NCBI GenBank assembly: GCA_041556195.1
Contig: JBFFIY010000003.1
Coordinates: 7,504 to 71,503 of the forward strand
Direction of reading: 5' to 3'
DNA from: Enterobacterales bacterium
GTDB lineage: Bacteria; Pseudomonadota; Gammaproteobacteria; Enterobacterales; GCA-002770795
DNA: 64,000 nucleotides
Numbering within the stretch: the first letter of the stretch is position 1; every line of letters starts with the position of its first letter. This document shows positions 29,915 through 39,935 of this stretch, one piece after another. The position numbers were made by a program, and so were the translations under genes. A model generated the notes under the pieces. That model saw nothing but the letters and a program-made list of their open reading frames with translations. It had not been told where the DNA came from and searched no databases.

Positions 29915-32900
29915 ATGCCGTACAAGGAAGCAGAAGCAAAGCTAAGTGTTACAAAGCCTGTCAATAAGCAAGATTCTGTATTTCAGCCTTTAGTTGTTGG
30001 GTTGGGAGCCTCAGCAGGAGGCGTGGCCGCTTTACAAGACTTTTTACAATATACACCTTCTAAAACTGACTTAGCCTTTGTTATTGTCCAACACATGGAG
30101 CCTGATTCCAGTTTTGGTCAGGAAGATATGCTCGTTAAGATCTTACAACGTTCAACCTCAATGAATGTTTTACAGATCGAACATCATATGGATCTGGAGC
30201 CCAATCAGGTTTATGTGGTACCTCCTAATAATAATTTGTCTTTGCATAAATCACGATTTTGTTTGAGTGAATCAACAGGATCCCATGGTTTACATTTGCC
30301 TATTGATTTCTTTTTTCGCTCTCTTGCTTATGAGCGAAGGGAACAAAGTATCGGGTTGGTTCTTTCTGGTACCGGCGCCGATGGAACCTTAGGTTTGCAG
30401 GCGATTAAAGAGCAAGGTGGATTTTGCCTGGTACAAGAGCCGTCATCCTCAAGATTTGATGAAATGCCGCTAAATGCTATTAATGCGGGTTTGGCGGATT
30501 ATATTGATTTGGCAGAAAGGCTTCCTGCTGTATTAATGGATGAACTTGGAAGAGTGCTTTTGGAAGAGCAAAAAGAAACACAGTATTCTGCGAATGATTC
30601 TCAAGCACTTGGCAACATTATAGAAATTGTCTACGATAAAACCGAGCTGGATTTTTCTCATTATAAACACAATACCTTTTTTAGAAGAATAAACAGAAGG
30701 ATGGGAATCAAACAAATTGACCATATTAATGCTTATGTCGACTTTTTAGGTAAAAGTCCTGCGGAAGCTAATTTTTTAGCCAGGGAGATGCTCATTGGAG
30801 TTACTCGTTTTTTCAGGGATCCTGATGTTTGGAAACAGTTGAAAGATGAAATTTTCCCCAAGCTTATGAAAAATATGCCTGAAGGGGGAGTTTTACGTGC
30901 ATGGTCTTCGGGATGTTCTACAGGTGAAGAAGCCTATTCATTGGCCATTTGTTTTAAAGAAGCTCTGGCTGAACAATCAACCCAGGCCAGTTATTCTTTG
31001 CAGGTATTTGCAACAGATCTGGATCAAACCTCCGTTACCAGAGCGCGTCAGGGCCTTTATCCCATTAACATTATGTTAGATCTTTCTAATGAACGCTTGA
31101 ATGAATATTTTGATAAAGATGAACAGGGATACAAAATTTGTAAAGAAATCAGAGACATGGTCATTTTTGCTCCTCATAATCTGTTAACCGATCCGCCATT
31201 TACTCGTCTTGATATCATAAGCTGTCGAAATCTGTTAATTTATTTGACACAGGATTGCCATGAAGAGCTGTTGGCCAATTTTCATTTTAGTTTAAATCCT
31301 GAAGGCTTTTTGTTATTGGGTAGCTCAGAGTCCATAGGTAATGCGACAGATCTATATCAACCCCTGTTATCAAAAAAAATGGGGCATACTCCGTGTTATC
31401 AACGCTTAGATGTTTCCATTGAAAAGAGCAAAATCAGGCTATCAGAAATTAAAAGGCCTTATACATTCTTAACAACAGGTATACGTAAACATCGTGTCAT
31501 GAAATTGCCAACGGCCAATCAGTTACAGTCACTTACAGAAGCATTATTGCTCAATCACCATGCACCTGTGGCTGCTCTGGTTACAGAGAGTGGTAATATC
31601 GTGCATATTCATGGTGAAATCAGTGACTATCTGGCACCAGCTGCTGGCAAGGCTAATTGGAATATTCTTGTTATGGCACGAGAGGGCCTGCGACTTGCGT
31701 TAAGCGAAGCCTTTCATGATGCTTTAAGGTTGCAAAAACCTATGCAACAGTTTGCTAAAAAGAATGGCGCTGATGATACAGAGTCATTAGTAGAAATTAC
31801 CGTTCGGCCCCTGATAGAGCCTTTAGCTCTTGATAAAATGCTATTGGTAGCATTCGCCAGGAAAGAGGTGAGTGGTGAACGATATATTTCTGATGAAAAT
31901 GAAATTAGCCAACGTCACAAAGAAAGAGTTCAGTTTCTGGAGCAAGCATTGCAAAGTAGTCGAGAAGAGTTACAGGAACTTCGTGAAGACATGCAAACTT
32001 CCAAAGAAGAACTAACCTCTTCCAATGAAGAGCTCCAATCAACCAATGAAGAACTAACTACTTCTACCGAAGAACTCCGCACAATGAATGAAGAGTTGGT
32101 ACGTGCTCGTACCTTCGCGGAAGAAAATTTAATTAAGTACACCGATTTATTTAATTCTGCCCCGATAGGCTATTTTAATTTAGACAAGCAGGGCACCATT
32201 AGACAGATTAACCATGTCGGCACACAAATGTTAGCTTCTGAACCTGAAAGTTGTATTGGTGGTCGTTTTAATTTGTTTGTGGTTGAAGCTGATCGAACCA
32301 TTTTTATGGGTTGCCTGACAAAAGCTTTTGCCAGTAATGAAACCCAGTTGTGTGAAGTCGCTCTTTGGCAAGATGAAAATAAACCAAAAAATGTACAAAT
32401 ATCGGTAGCGGTTTCTGCTGACAATAATAATTGTCGAATGGTCGTAGTTGATATTAGTGAAATTAAACAGGCTCAATCAGATCTTTTTGAAAAAGATATA
32501 ATGTTTAAAGATATGGTTAATAGCATCGAGGGCATTGTATGGGAAGCTGATGCCAAGGATTTCACCTTTACCTTTATCAGTCAACAGGCGCAACCTATGC
32601 TTGGCTATTCAGAGGCTGAATGGAAGCAACCGGGTTTCTGGGCAAGCCATCTGCACCTGGAAGATAAAAACTGGGCGGTAGATTATTGTGCATCCTGTAT
32701 TGGTAAGCTTGAAAATCATGATTTTGAATATCGATTTATTACTAAAGAGGGTGGTGAAATCTGGCTGCACCACATTATTACTGTGGTTAGTGAAGCTGGA
32801 AAAGCTAAGTGTTTAAGGGGTCTTATGGTTGATGTTACTCAGCAAAAAATTGCTGAAGAGGCATTACGCATTAGTGAAAATCGTTATGACAGGGCCATTC

Positions 32901-35437
32901 AGGGTAGTAATGAAGGGTTATGGGACTGGAATATTCTGACAGGAGAAGATTATTTATCTCCTCGTTGGAAGCAATTATTAGGATTCAATGAAGATGAATT
33001 AGAAAACCATGAGGATACTTTTTTTAATCGACTACATCCAGAGGATAAACCTAAAGTTAAAAGTGCCTTACAAAAACATTTTAAAGAATACCTGCCATTT
33101 AATATTGAAGTACGTTTGCTCACAAAAGAAGGTACTTATCTCTGGTTTCATACAGCTGGAAAAGCTGAAAGAGATGGACTGGGGCAAGCTACCAAAATGG
33201 CAGGTTCAATTAGCGACATCTCTGCTAGAAAACAGATTGAAGCTCGAGAAGTTGAACGAAATAAAATTCTGGAATTGACAGCCAGGGGTTCATCAATTGA
33301 CAGAATACTAGAATCAGTTGTTCTCAGTGTTGAGCAAGAAAACCCAAACATGTTGTGCAGTATTTTATTGATGGATATGAAAGGTAAATATTTATTGATG
33401 GGATCTGCTCCAGCTTTACCCGATTTTTATAATGAGGCGGTACATGGATTTACGGTAGGTGAAGGCAGTGGTTCTTGTGGAACAGCAGCGCATTTAGGTG
33501 AAAGAGTTATAGTTGAAGATATACAAACTCATCCCTATTGGGCTGATATCAAAGAATTGCCAGGAAAGGCTGGCCTGAAATCCTGTTGGTCTGAACCTAT
33601 CAAAGATCAACAGGGTAAAGTATTAGGAACTTTTGCTATTTATCAAAATCAAATATCATCTCCTTCCGAGTTGGATATTCATATCATTGAGCAAGCGGCA
33701 AATTTAGCAGGTATCGCTATAGAACGCAATCATGCTAATGAAGAGTTAAAGTTAGCGTCACTGGTTTATCAAAATAGCAGTGAGGCCATGCTTATTATGG
33801 ATCCTGATAAAAACATTCTTAGTATTAACCCGGCATTTACTCAAATTACAGGTTATTTACTTGAGGATGTTTTAGGCAAAAAAACTTCTATTATGAACTC
33901 CAATCGCCATGACCCTGCTTTTTATAAACAGATGAGCGATGAGTTGGATAACAGTGGATTCTGGCAGGGAGAAATCTGGGAAAGACGAAAGAATGGAGAA
34001 ATTTTTGCAGAGTGGCTAACGCTTAATACTATCTATGATGATAAGGGTGAAGTTCATCGAAGAGTCGCGTTATTTTCTGATATTACTCAGAAGAAAAAAA
34101 CACAGGAATTGATTTGGAAACAAGCCAATTTTGATTTTTTAACGGGTTTACCCAATCGCAGTATGTTTAATGATCGATTGAGTCAGGAGCTCAAAAAATC
34201 TAAAAGAGAAAAATTAGCTATGGCTATCCTGCTGATTGATTTGGATCAGTTTAAAGAAGTTAACGATACTTTAGGTCATGACATGGGTGACATCTTGCTG
34301 ATTGAGGCCTCAAAACGTATATGCAGTTGTGTTCGTGAAGCTGATACTGTTGCCAGGTTAGGAGGTGATGAGTTTGTTATTATTTTAGCAGAGCTTGATG
34401 ATCTTCAAAGTGTGGAGCGCAGTGCTCAAAATATTTTGGTTAAGCTGGCAGCTCCATTCACTTTAGGGCAAGAGTTGGCTTATATTTCAGCGAGTATAGG
34501 CATTACCCTATATCCAGAGGACTCTACAGAAATTGATGCATTATTGAAAAACGCTGATCAGGCGATGTATGCTGCTAAGAAACAGGGCAGAAACCGCTAT
34601 TATTACTTTACTGCTTCCATGCAAGAAACAGCACAAACCAGAATGCGTTTGGTTAATGACTTGAGAGCAGCTTTGGATAAAGAACAATTTGCAGTATTTT
34701 ATCAACCAATTATAGAGCTATCCACCAATCATATTCACAAAGCAGAGGCTTTACTCCGTTGGAATCATCCAGAAAGAGGCATGATAAACCCCGATGATTT
34801 TATACCCATTGCAGAAGAAACGGGATTGATAGTAGAAATTGGAGAAAGGGTTTTTAAACAAGCTCTTAACCAGGTTAAGCAATTAAGAGCCGAGTTTGAT
34901 GAAAACTTTCAAATTAGTGTCAATGTCTCTCCCATTCAATTTCATAACAATAGTCTGGGTGATAACAAATGTTTTGATCATATCCAAAATTTAGATTTAT
35001 CTGGAGAATGTGTAATTATAGAAATTACTGAGGGGTTGTTACTAGATGCCAGCACGCTAGTGACTGATCAACTGTTGATCTGTCGTGATAACGGTGTTCA
35101 AGTGGCATTAGATGATTTTGGAACCGGTTATTCTTCTTTATCCTATTTAAAAAAATTCGATATAGACTACATTAAAATAGATCGCTCTTTTATCTCAAAC
35201 TTAACTGAAGACTCCGATGATAAAGTTTTGTGTGAAGCCATTGTCGTAATGGCGCATAAATTAGGGATGAAAGTAATAGCAGAAGGCATTGAAACCGAAG
35301 AGCAAAGGAAGCTGTTAATTGACGCAGGTTGTGATTATGGACAGGGATATTTTTTCTCAAAACCTATGGAGATAGATAAATTTAAAAAAAACATAGAGAC
35401 CTTTGCACGAAAGAATGGTGAAAGAAATATCAATTAA
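29915..35437 (+). CDS. multidomain signalling protein: CheB methylesterase - CheR methyltransferase - coiled coil - PAS repeats - GAF - PAS - GGDEF - EAL
   Basis: 1840 aa. CheB contexts are GASAGG, VQHM and GTGADG. The CheR SAM site is AWSSGCSTGEEAYS. A heptad-like run reads EELQSTNEELTTSTEELRTMNEEL. Several PAS-like blocks and one GAF-like block follow, with intact GGDEF (RLGGDEFVIIL) and EAL (EALLRW, DDFGTGYSS) motifs. Confidence 0.85.
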   Translation: MPYKEAEAKLSVTKPVNKQDSVFQPLVVGLGASAGGVAALQDFLQYTPSKTDLAFVIVQHMEPDSSFGQEDMLVKILQRSTSMNVLQIEHHMDLEPNQVYVVPPNNNLSLHKSRFCLSESTGSHGLHLPIDFFFRSLAYERREQSIGLVLSGTGADGTLGLQAIKEQGGFCLVQEPSSSRFDEMPLNAINAGLADYIDLAERLPAVLMDELGRVLLEEQKETQYSANDSQALGNIIEIVYDKTELDFSHYKHNTFFRRINRRMGIKQIDHINAYVDFLGKSPAEANFLAREMLIGVTRFFRDPDVWKQLKDEIFPKLMKNMPEGGVLRAWSSGCSTGEEAYSLAICFKEALAEQSTQASYSLQVFATDLDQTSVTRARQGLYPINIMLDLSNERLNEYFDKDEQGYKICKEIRDMVIFAPHNLLTDPPFTRLDIISCRNLLIYLTQDCHEELLANFHFSLNPEGFLLLGSSESIGNATDLYQPLLSKKMGHTPCYQRLDVSIEKSKIRLSEIKRPYTFLTTGIRKHRVMKLPTANQLQSLTEALLLNHHAPVAALVTESGNIVHIHGEISDYLAPAAGKANWNILVMAREGLRLALSEAFHDALRLQKPMQQFAKKNGADDTESLVEITVRPLIEPLALDKMLLVAFARKEVSGERYISDENEISQRHKERVQFLEQALQSSREELQELREDMQTSKEELTSSNEELQSTNEELTTSTEELRTMNEELVRARTFAEENLIKYTDLFNSAPIGYFNLDKQGTIRQINHVGTQMLASEPESCIGGRFNLFVVEADRTIFMGCLTKAFASNETQLCEVALWQDENKPKNVQISVAVSADNNNCRMVVVDISEIKQAQSDLFEKDIMFKDMVNSIEGIVWEADAKDFTFTFISQQAQPMLGYSEAEWKQPGFWASHLHLEDKNWAVDYCASCIGKLENHDFEYRFITKEGGEIWLHHIITVVSEAGKAKCLRGLMVDVTQQKIAEEALRISENRYDRAIQGSNEGLWDWNILTGEDYLSPRWKQLLGFNEDELENHEDTFFNRLHPEDKPKVKSALQKHFKEYLPFNIEVRLLTKEGTYLWFHTAGKAERDGLGQATKMAGSISDISARKQIEAREVERNKILELTARGSSIDRILESVVLSVEQENPNMLCSILLMDMKGKYLLMGSAPALPDFYNEAVHGFTVGEGSGSCGTAAHLGERVIVEDIQTHPYWADIKELPGKAGLKSCWSEPIKDQQGKVLGTFAIYQNQISSPSELDIHIIEQAANLAGIAIERNHANEELKLASLVYQNSSEAMLIMDPDKNILSINPAFTQITGYLLEDVLGKKTSIMNSNRHDPAFYKQMSDELDNSGFWQGEIWERRKNGEIFAEWLTLNTIYDDKGEVHRRVALFSDITQKKKTQELIWKQANFDFLTGLPNRSMFNDRLSQELKKSKREKLAMAILLIDLDQFKEVNDTLGHDMGDILLIEASKRICSCVREADTVARLGGDEFVIILAELDDLQSVERSAQNILVKLAAPFTLGQELAYISASIGITLYPEDSTEIDALLKNADQAMYAAKKQGRNRYYYFTASMQETAQTRMRLVNDLRAALDKEQFAVFYQPIIELSTNHIHKAEALLRWNHPERGMINPDDFIPIAEETGLIVEIGERVFKQALNQVKQLRAEFDENFQISVNVSPIQFHNNSLGDNKCFDHIQNLDLSGECVIIEITEGLLLDASTLVTDQLLICRDNGVQVALDDFGTGYSSLSYLKKFDIDYIKIDRSFISNLTEDSDDKVLCEAIVVMAHKLGMKVIAEGIETEEQRKLLIDAGCDYGQGYFFSKPMEIDKFKKNIETFARKNGERNIN

Positions 35438-35521
35438 TGATTCATGGAACTTGGTTAACCTCATTATCCTGGGTTCAACTGATGAATTTAGGATGATATA
35501 AATTTGGCTTAAGGTAATATC

Positions 35522-36346
35522 ATGGAAAAAGAACTTGAACAAGCAGAAGCTATCTATCAACAGATCATAGCGTTTTTCATTAACTATAGTTTTCAAATAC
35601 TGGGCGCATTTATTGTTCTTGCATTGGGTGTTTTTGTCGCTGGTAAAGTTAGTGGCTTTGTGTTTAAACTTTGTGAAAGAAAAAATTTAGATATTACCCT
35701 TAGTAACTTTATTTCCAGCACCACAAAGATCATTATTATTGCTATGGTGTCAATTATAGCTCTTGGAAAAATTGGTATTAGTGTCACCCCCTTTGTTGCT
35801 GCAATTGGCGCTTTATCTTTGGGCGCTGGATTGGCGATGCAAGGTTTGCTGTCCAATTATGGTGCCGGTTTAAATATTATTTTAGCTCGACCCTTTGTGG
35901 TAGGTGATACCATTCGAGTTCAAGGTGTGAGTGGTTTGGTGAAGGAAGTTCATCTGGCCTACACTTTGTTAACCGATGAAGACGATGTTGAAATTACCAT
36001 TCCTAACAAACATATTGTCGGTGAGATTATTCATAATTCTCACATTGATACATTAGCAGAAGAAACTATTGGTATTTCCTATGCTAGCGATCCCAATAAA
36101 GCGATTGCAATAATTAGAACAGCACTTGAAAATACTGACAAAGTTAGTCAAGAGCGTAAACTACTTATTGGAATAGAGGAATTTGCAGACAGCAGTATCA
36201 ATATTGGTATTCGTTTCTGGGCGCCAACCCAGTATTATTTTGAAACTCGTTATCGAGCAAATGCCAATATTTATTTAGCCCTTAAACAGGGCAATATTGA
36301 CATTCCATTTCCTCAAAGAGAAATACGTATTCTTGGTAAAGAATAA
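35522..36346 (+). CDS. MscS-family mechanosensitive channel
   Basis: 274 aa with three N-terminal TM segments and the MscS beta-domain motif RPFVVGDTI. Confidence 0.85.
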   Translation: MEKELEQAEAIYQQIIAFFINYSFQILGAFIVLALGVFVAGKVSGFVFKLCERKNLDITLSNFISSTTKIIIIAMVSIIALGKIGISVTPFVAAIGALSLGAGLAMQGLLSNYGAGLNIILARPFVVGDTIRVQGVSGLVKEVHLAYTLLTDEDDVEITIPNKHIVGEIIHNSHIDTLAEETIGISYASDPNKAIAIIRTALENTDKVSQERKLLIGIEEFADSSINIGIRFWAPTQYYFETRYRANANIYLALKQGNIDIPFPQREIRILGKE

Positions 36347-36352
36347 CCCTGT

Positions 36353-36385
36353 ATTCATCAGAAACAATATATGTTGCTGATGAAT
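36353..36385. terminator. hairpin between convergent genes (possible bidirectional terminator)
   Basis: The 9-bp stems attcatcag / ctgatgaat lie between the MscS stop and the GST stop. Flanking sequence is A/T-rich, but there is no long U tract. Confidence 0.4.
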
Positions 36386-36401
36386 TATAAAGACGGAAAA
36401 A

Positions 36402-37115
36402 TTACTTATCAAATAACCGCTTTCTCATACGTGCAACAAAGGCGACTAAATTACTATGAGGTGTTATTAGCTCAGTAAGAGAGGGGTTAATTTCTTCAGC
36501 CATAAAATTTACCAGAAGTCCAAATACGGTACAATCTAATGAACTTAACTGGTTTCCAAAAAAGTAATCCTGATCATCTAAAAACAAAGAAAGAGCCTTC
36601 AGTTTTTTTGAGATTGTGTTGGATATTTCCTGTTGATTATATCGTCCTGTTCCCTGTCCATAAATTGTTTTTACAACTGATTTTCTTATGATATTAGGAA
36701 TAAATAATTTAGCGAAAGCAGGCATGTGGCCGAAGAGGGCATTTTTTGTATATAAATTCCAGTTGTTATCAGATTGCCAACGTTCTCTCATCATAAACCA
36801 GGTTAGGTTATCTTCAATAAGCGCTTTAAAAGCAACTGTCTGGGCTTTTTGTAGATCAGTTAGATGTTCATCTAAATCTTTATAGCCTTTGTTAACCAGG
36901 TATTGATAAATTAATTCACTATCTTCAATAATTTTATCGCCATCACGAATGACTGGCAATTTTCCTTTAGAGAATTTTGCAGGGTTTCCATTAAATGGTT
37001 CAATTTCAAACTCAATGTCCATTGCTCTTAAAATAGCTTCTAATTTGACGCAAAATGGAGAGTAATTTGGAGTGCTGGCTACTTTGCTGATCCCGAATTG
37101 TACTAATTTAATCAT
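36402..37115 (-). CDS. glutathione S-transferase-like protein
   Basis: 237 aa. The N-terminal thioredoxin-like part (SPFCVKLE...KLPVIRDGD..IEDSELI) and a helical C-terminal domain fit the GST/metaxin-like family. Confidence 0.65.
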   Translation of the reverse strand: MIKLVQFGISKVASTPNYSPFCVKLEAILRAMDIEFEIEPFNGNPAKFSKGKLPVIRDGDKIIEDSELIYQYLVNKGYKDLDEHLTDLQKAQTVAFKALIEDNLTWFMMRERWQSDNNWNLYTKNALFGHMPAFAKLFIPNIIRKSVVKTIYGQGTGRYNQQEISNTISKKLKALSLFLDDQDYFFGNQLSSLDCTVFGLLVNFMAEEINPSLTELITPHSNLVAFVARMRKRLFDK

Positions 37116-37340
37116 GGCTTCCTCTTTTTTATGAATAAATTTATTAAGGGCTATAAACTCAAAAAACTTACCATCTACTAACGTATATAAAATTAGTAGA
37201 TGATTTTCGATAAGATCATATTTTCGACTAATTCACGGATTTATTGTATAAAAAAGTAAGTCGATGATTGATATGATGATTAGAACAACCCCAGCTTTGA
37301 TTATTATGATCAACTAAATGATTGTATGGGAAAAATATCT

Positions 37341-38303
37341 TTAATGCTCATGACTTGAGTTTTTATGTTTTTGAGCCCGTGTTTTTGTTAATCCCCTATA
37401 CACCTGTCGAGTCATTTTTTCTGTAGTGATAAAACCCCAGTTCCATTTTTCATGATATTTTTTCAGAGGGTTTATTTTAACGATTTCATCTTCACTTTTA
37501 CCAGCTTTGATAAGCTGCTTAATTAAGCTTTTAGAATCTTGCAGCATGTCAATGGAAGCCTGTAGTGCTTTTTTATCGGCGAGTGGACCATGACCGGGAA
37601 TAATTTTTGTATCAGGATCTGCCAGCTTTAATACTTTTTTCTGGGCAGAGATATAACCTTCTACACTGCCGCCACCATCTATATCGATATAGGGGAACAT
37701 GCCGTTAAACAGGGTATCTCCTGTATGAATGACATTGGCATTTTTAAAATGAATAACGGCATCACCATCCGTATGCGCGTGGGCAACATGAAATATATGG
37801 GCATCATTGCCATTTAGGTAAAAGTTAATGTCGTGAGAAAAAGTAATGACAGGCAGTGCCGCTTTAGGAGCTGGCATCATGCCATCTTTTCCGCGTACGC
37901 CTTTGGTCAATAGATGCTGGCGCAGGTTTTCATGTGCAACAATACGAGCGCCTTCTTTACCCATGGTTTCATTATTGCCGGTGTGATCCCCATGAACATG
38001 GGTGTTAATTAAAAAATCTACAGGTTTATCTGTAACGGTTTTAATTGCTGTTTTCATAATACCGAGCATGGGTGGCATTGAATCATCGATCATCACCACA
38101 CCATCTGTACCTATGGATAAGCCTATATTACCACCAGTAAAGCCACCGACACCCATTAACATATAAAGTCCTGGGGCTACTTCAGTTGATGAAAATGATA
38201 ATTCGGGTTTATCTTCGGCAAAACTAACACTTAGATTGATCGATGCCGTTAATAAAGAACCGATTAATGCACTTTTTAGTACGATGTGTTTTAGTTGTTT
38301 CAT
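37341..38303 (-). CDS. MBL-fold metallo-hydrolase (secreted)
   Basis: HVHGDHTG (HxHxDH) motif with later His/Asp ligands. Signal peptide after the MKQLKH start, which I chose over the track start at 38381 because of the ggaga RBS. Confidence 0.8.
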   Translation of the reverse strand: MKQLKHIVLKSALIGSLLTASINLSVSFAEDKPELSFSSTEVAPGLYMLMGVGGFTGGNIGLSIGTDGVVMIDDSMPPMLGIMKTAIKTVTDKPVDFLINTHVHGDHTGNNETMGKEGARIVAHENLRQHLLTKGVRGKDGMMPAPKAALPVITFSHDINFYLNGNDAHIFHVAHAHTDGDAVIHFKNANVIHTGDTLFNGMFPYIDIDGGGSVEGYISAQKKVLKLADPDTKIIPGHGPLADKKALQASIDMLQDSKSLIKQLIKAGKSEDEIVKINPLKKYHEKWNWGFITTEKMTRQVYRGLTKTRAQKHKNSSHEH

Positions 38304-38655
38304 TGATTTTTCTCCATAAATTGGGTGTTTGTATGCATAATCCACCTTAAAACAGTATGAAAAGTAACACCATGTTGACAATTCGCCAAGCTTTTATGAA
38401 CTGGTGTAATTTGCCAGGGCGTCTGATAAATTTGATTTTGGATCTTTTGGATAACAGTATATAGTGAGATCTTTGCACAAAACAGATGACCAGTAAAAAT
38501 GGTTAAAATATCCCTGCTTTTCGTCGGAAAACTTGTCAATAACTAGCTATTACCTGCGTTTCCCGTCTCAATCAGAGCTATTTTTCCTCATTTTTCTTTC
38601 GCCACTCTTTCGGGCAAAGGTCTCATAGTGTATTTCTACTGTCATTATCAATCAA

Positions 38656-39879
38656 TTGGAAAATATCAAGGTGCAACTACGGATTATTTTATTATTGATA
38701 CTTTTGCTGGCGGTTTCGGTTGGAGTTAATGTTTTTTTATACAGTCGGATAGTCTCGCACCAGTTGGATCCTTTTCTGAATAAAAAAATACAGCAAATAC
38801 CAGAAACCAGACAAATTGTTCAAAAACCTGTTTCCAGCTCGACGGAAGAAGACAACAGTGGGCCTGAAAATGAAAAGTTTATGCTGGCTCTTCAACTGTT
38901 TAATAATCATCAATTTAATGAGGCTATGGCTCAATATGAAGAGCTGCAGTTGATTAATCAAACACGGGCGAAGAAACTAAAGTGGTTATGGTTAGAACAA
39001 TTAAAAGCCAGATTGAAATCACAGCAATATAAGGCAATAGAAAGTTTTATTATGATTTATTCACAATATTATCCTTATGATATTTCTGTGTTGACCATGG
39101 AGGCACAGCTGTTGGCGAAGCAGGGGAATATTCTGGAGGCTATAGAGGTTTATTATTCGTTAATTAACAGTGGAGTAGATATAGACGCTTTTGATTTAGA
39201 AAGTGCGGGCTTAAACCCTGAACAACAATGGCTTAAGCAAGTCCATCAACTAGCCAGCAATTATTTAGCTGATCTTAAACAGCAACTTTTCTGGCAACAA
39301 ATAATTGATTTCAGTGAAACCTTATTAAACTATGAACCGGATTATCCCCCTTACAGGTTATCTCTGGCCGAAGCTCTATGGAGGCTGAAACAACCCGAAT
39401 TAGCCAAAGATCAGCTCTATGCACTACTTGAAGATCAATTATATAGCCATCAGGCTAAAACTATTTTTGAGCAGGTTAATCAGGCTGCTGTAGAAAGTGC
39501 ATCTATCTCATTAAAACCTCAAGGGGAGCATTATCTGGTTTCAGGGCAGTTTAATCGTCATGATACTGTTGAGTTGATGATAGATACCGGTGCATCTTTG
39601 TCGGTATTATCTCAAAACAAATTCGATGAGCTTTCTAATTGGTTGGCACCGGTTTATATTCAACATGCCAATATCAATACAGCAGGGGGATTGGTAAATG
39701 CGCCCATTTATCAATTTGAATACTTTGAAATTAATGGGCACTTCGTCAGCAAGTTAAATTTTGTAGTTATGGAATTAAATGATATGCGCAACGCTGATGG
39801 TCTGCTAGGGATGAATTATTTGAAGCAATTTGTATTTCAGATCGATCAGAAAAACAACCTGTTATTTCTATCAAAATGA
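38656..39879 (+). CDS. retropepsin-like (clan AA) aspartic protease with N-terminal anchor and TPR-like helical region
   Basis: The C-terminal domain has the catalytic IDTGAS motif and LLGMNYL. The N-terminal part has a TM segment. The non-ATG start is uncertain (TTG 38656 or GTG 38671). Confidence 0.7.
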   Translation: MENIKVQLRIILLLILLLAVSVGVNVFLYSRIVSHQLDPFLNKKIQQIPETRQIVQKPVSSSTEEDNSGPENEKFMLALQLFNNHQFNEAMAQYEELQLINQTRAKKLKWLWLEQLKARLKSQQYKAIESFIMIYSQYYPYDISVLTMEAQLLAKQGNILEAIEVYYSLINSGVDIDAFDLESAGLNPEQQWLKQVHQLASNYLADLKQQLFWQQIIDFSETLLNYEPDYPPYRLSLAEALWRLKQPELAKDQLYALLEDQLYSHQAKTIFEQVNQAAVESASISLKPQGEHYLVSGQFNRHDTVELMIDTGASLSVLSQNKFDELSNWLAPVYIQHANINTAGGLVNAPIYQFEYFEINGHFVSKLNFVVMELNDMRNADGLLGMNYLKQFVFQIDQKNNLLFLSK

Positions 39880-39935
39880 ATATATCTGTGAAACCTGCAT
39901 CTTAAGGTAGAGCGGGTATATATCATCAATCTACA

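Noticed and set aside
29683-29964. A 93-aa minus-strand ORF in the ygiQ / CheB-CheR divergent intergenic region.
   Set aside because: An AT-rich promoter region. The ORF overlaps the 5' end of the 1840-aa gene and the ygiQ start, and has no RBS or motif support.
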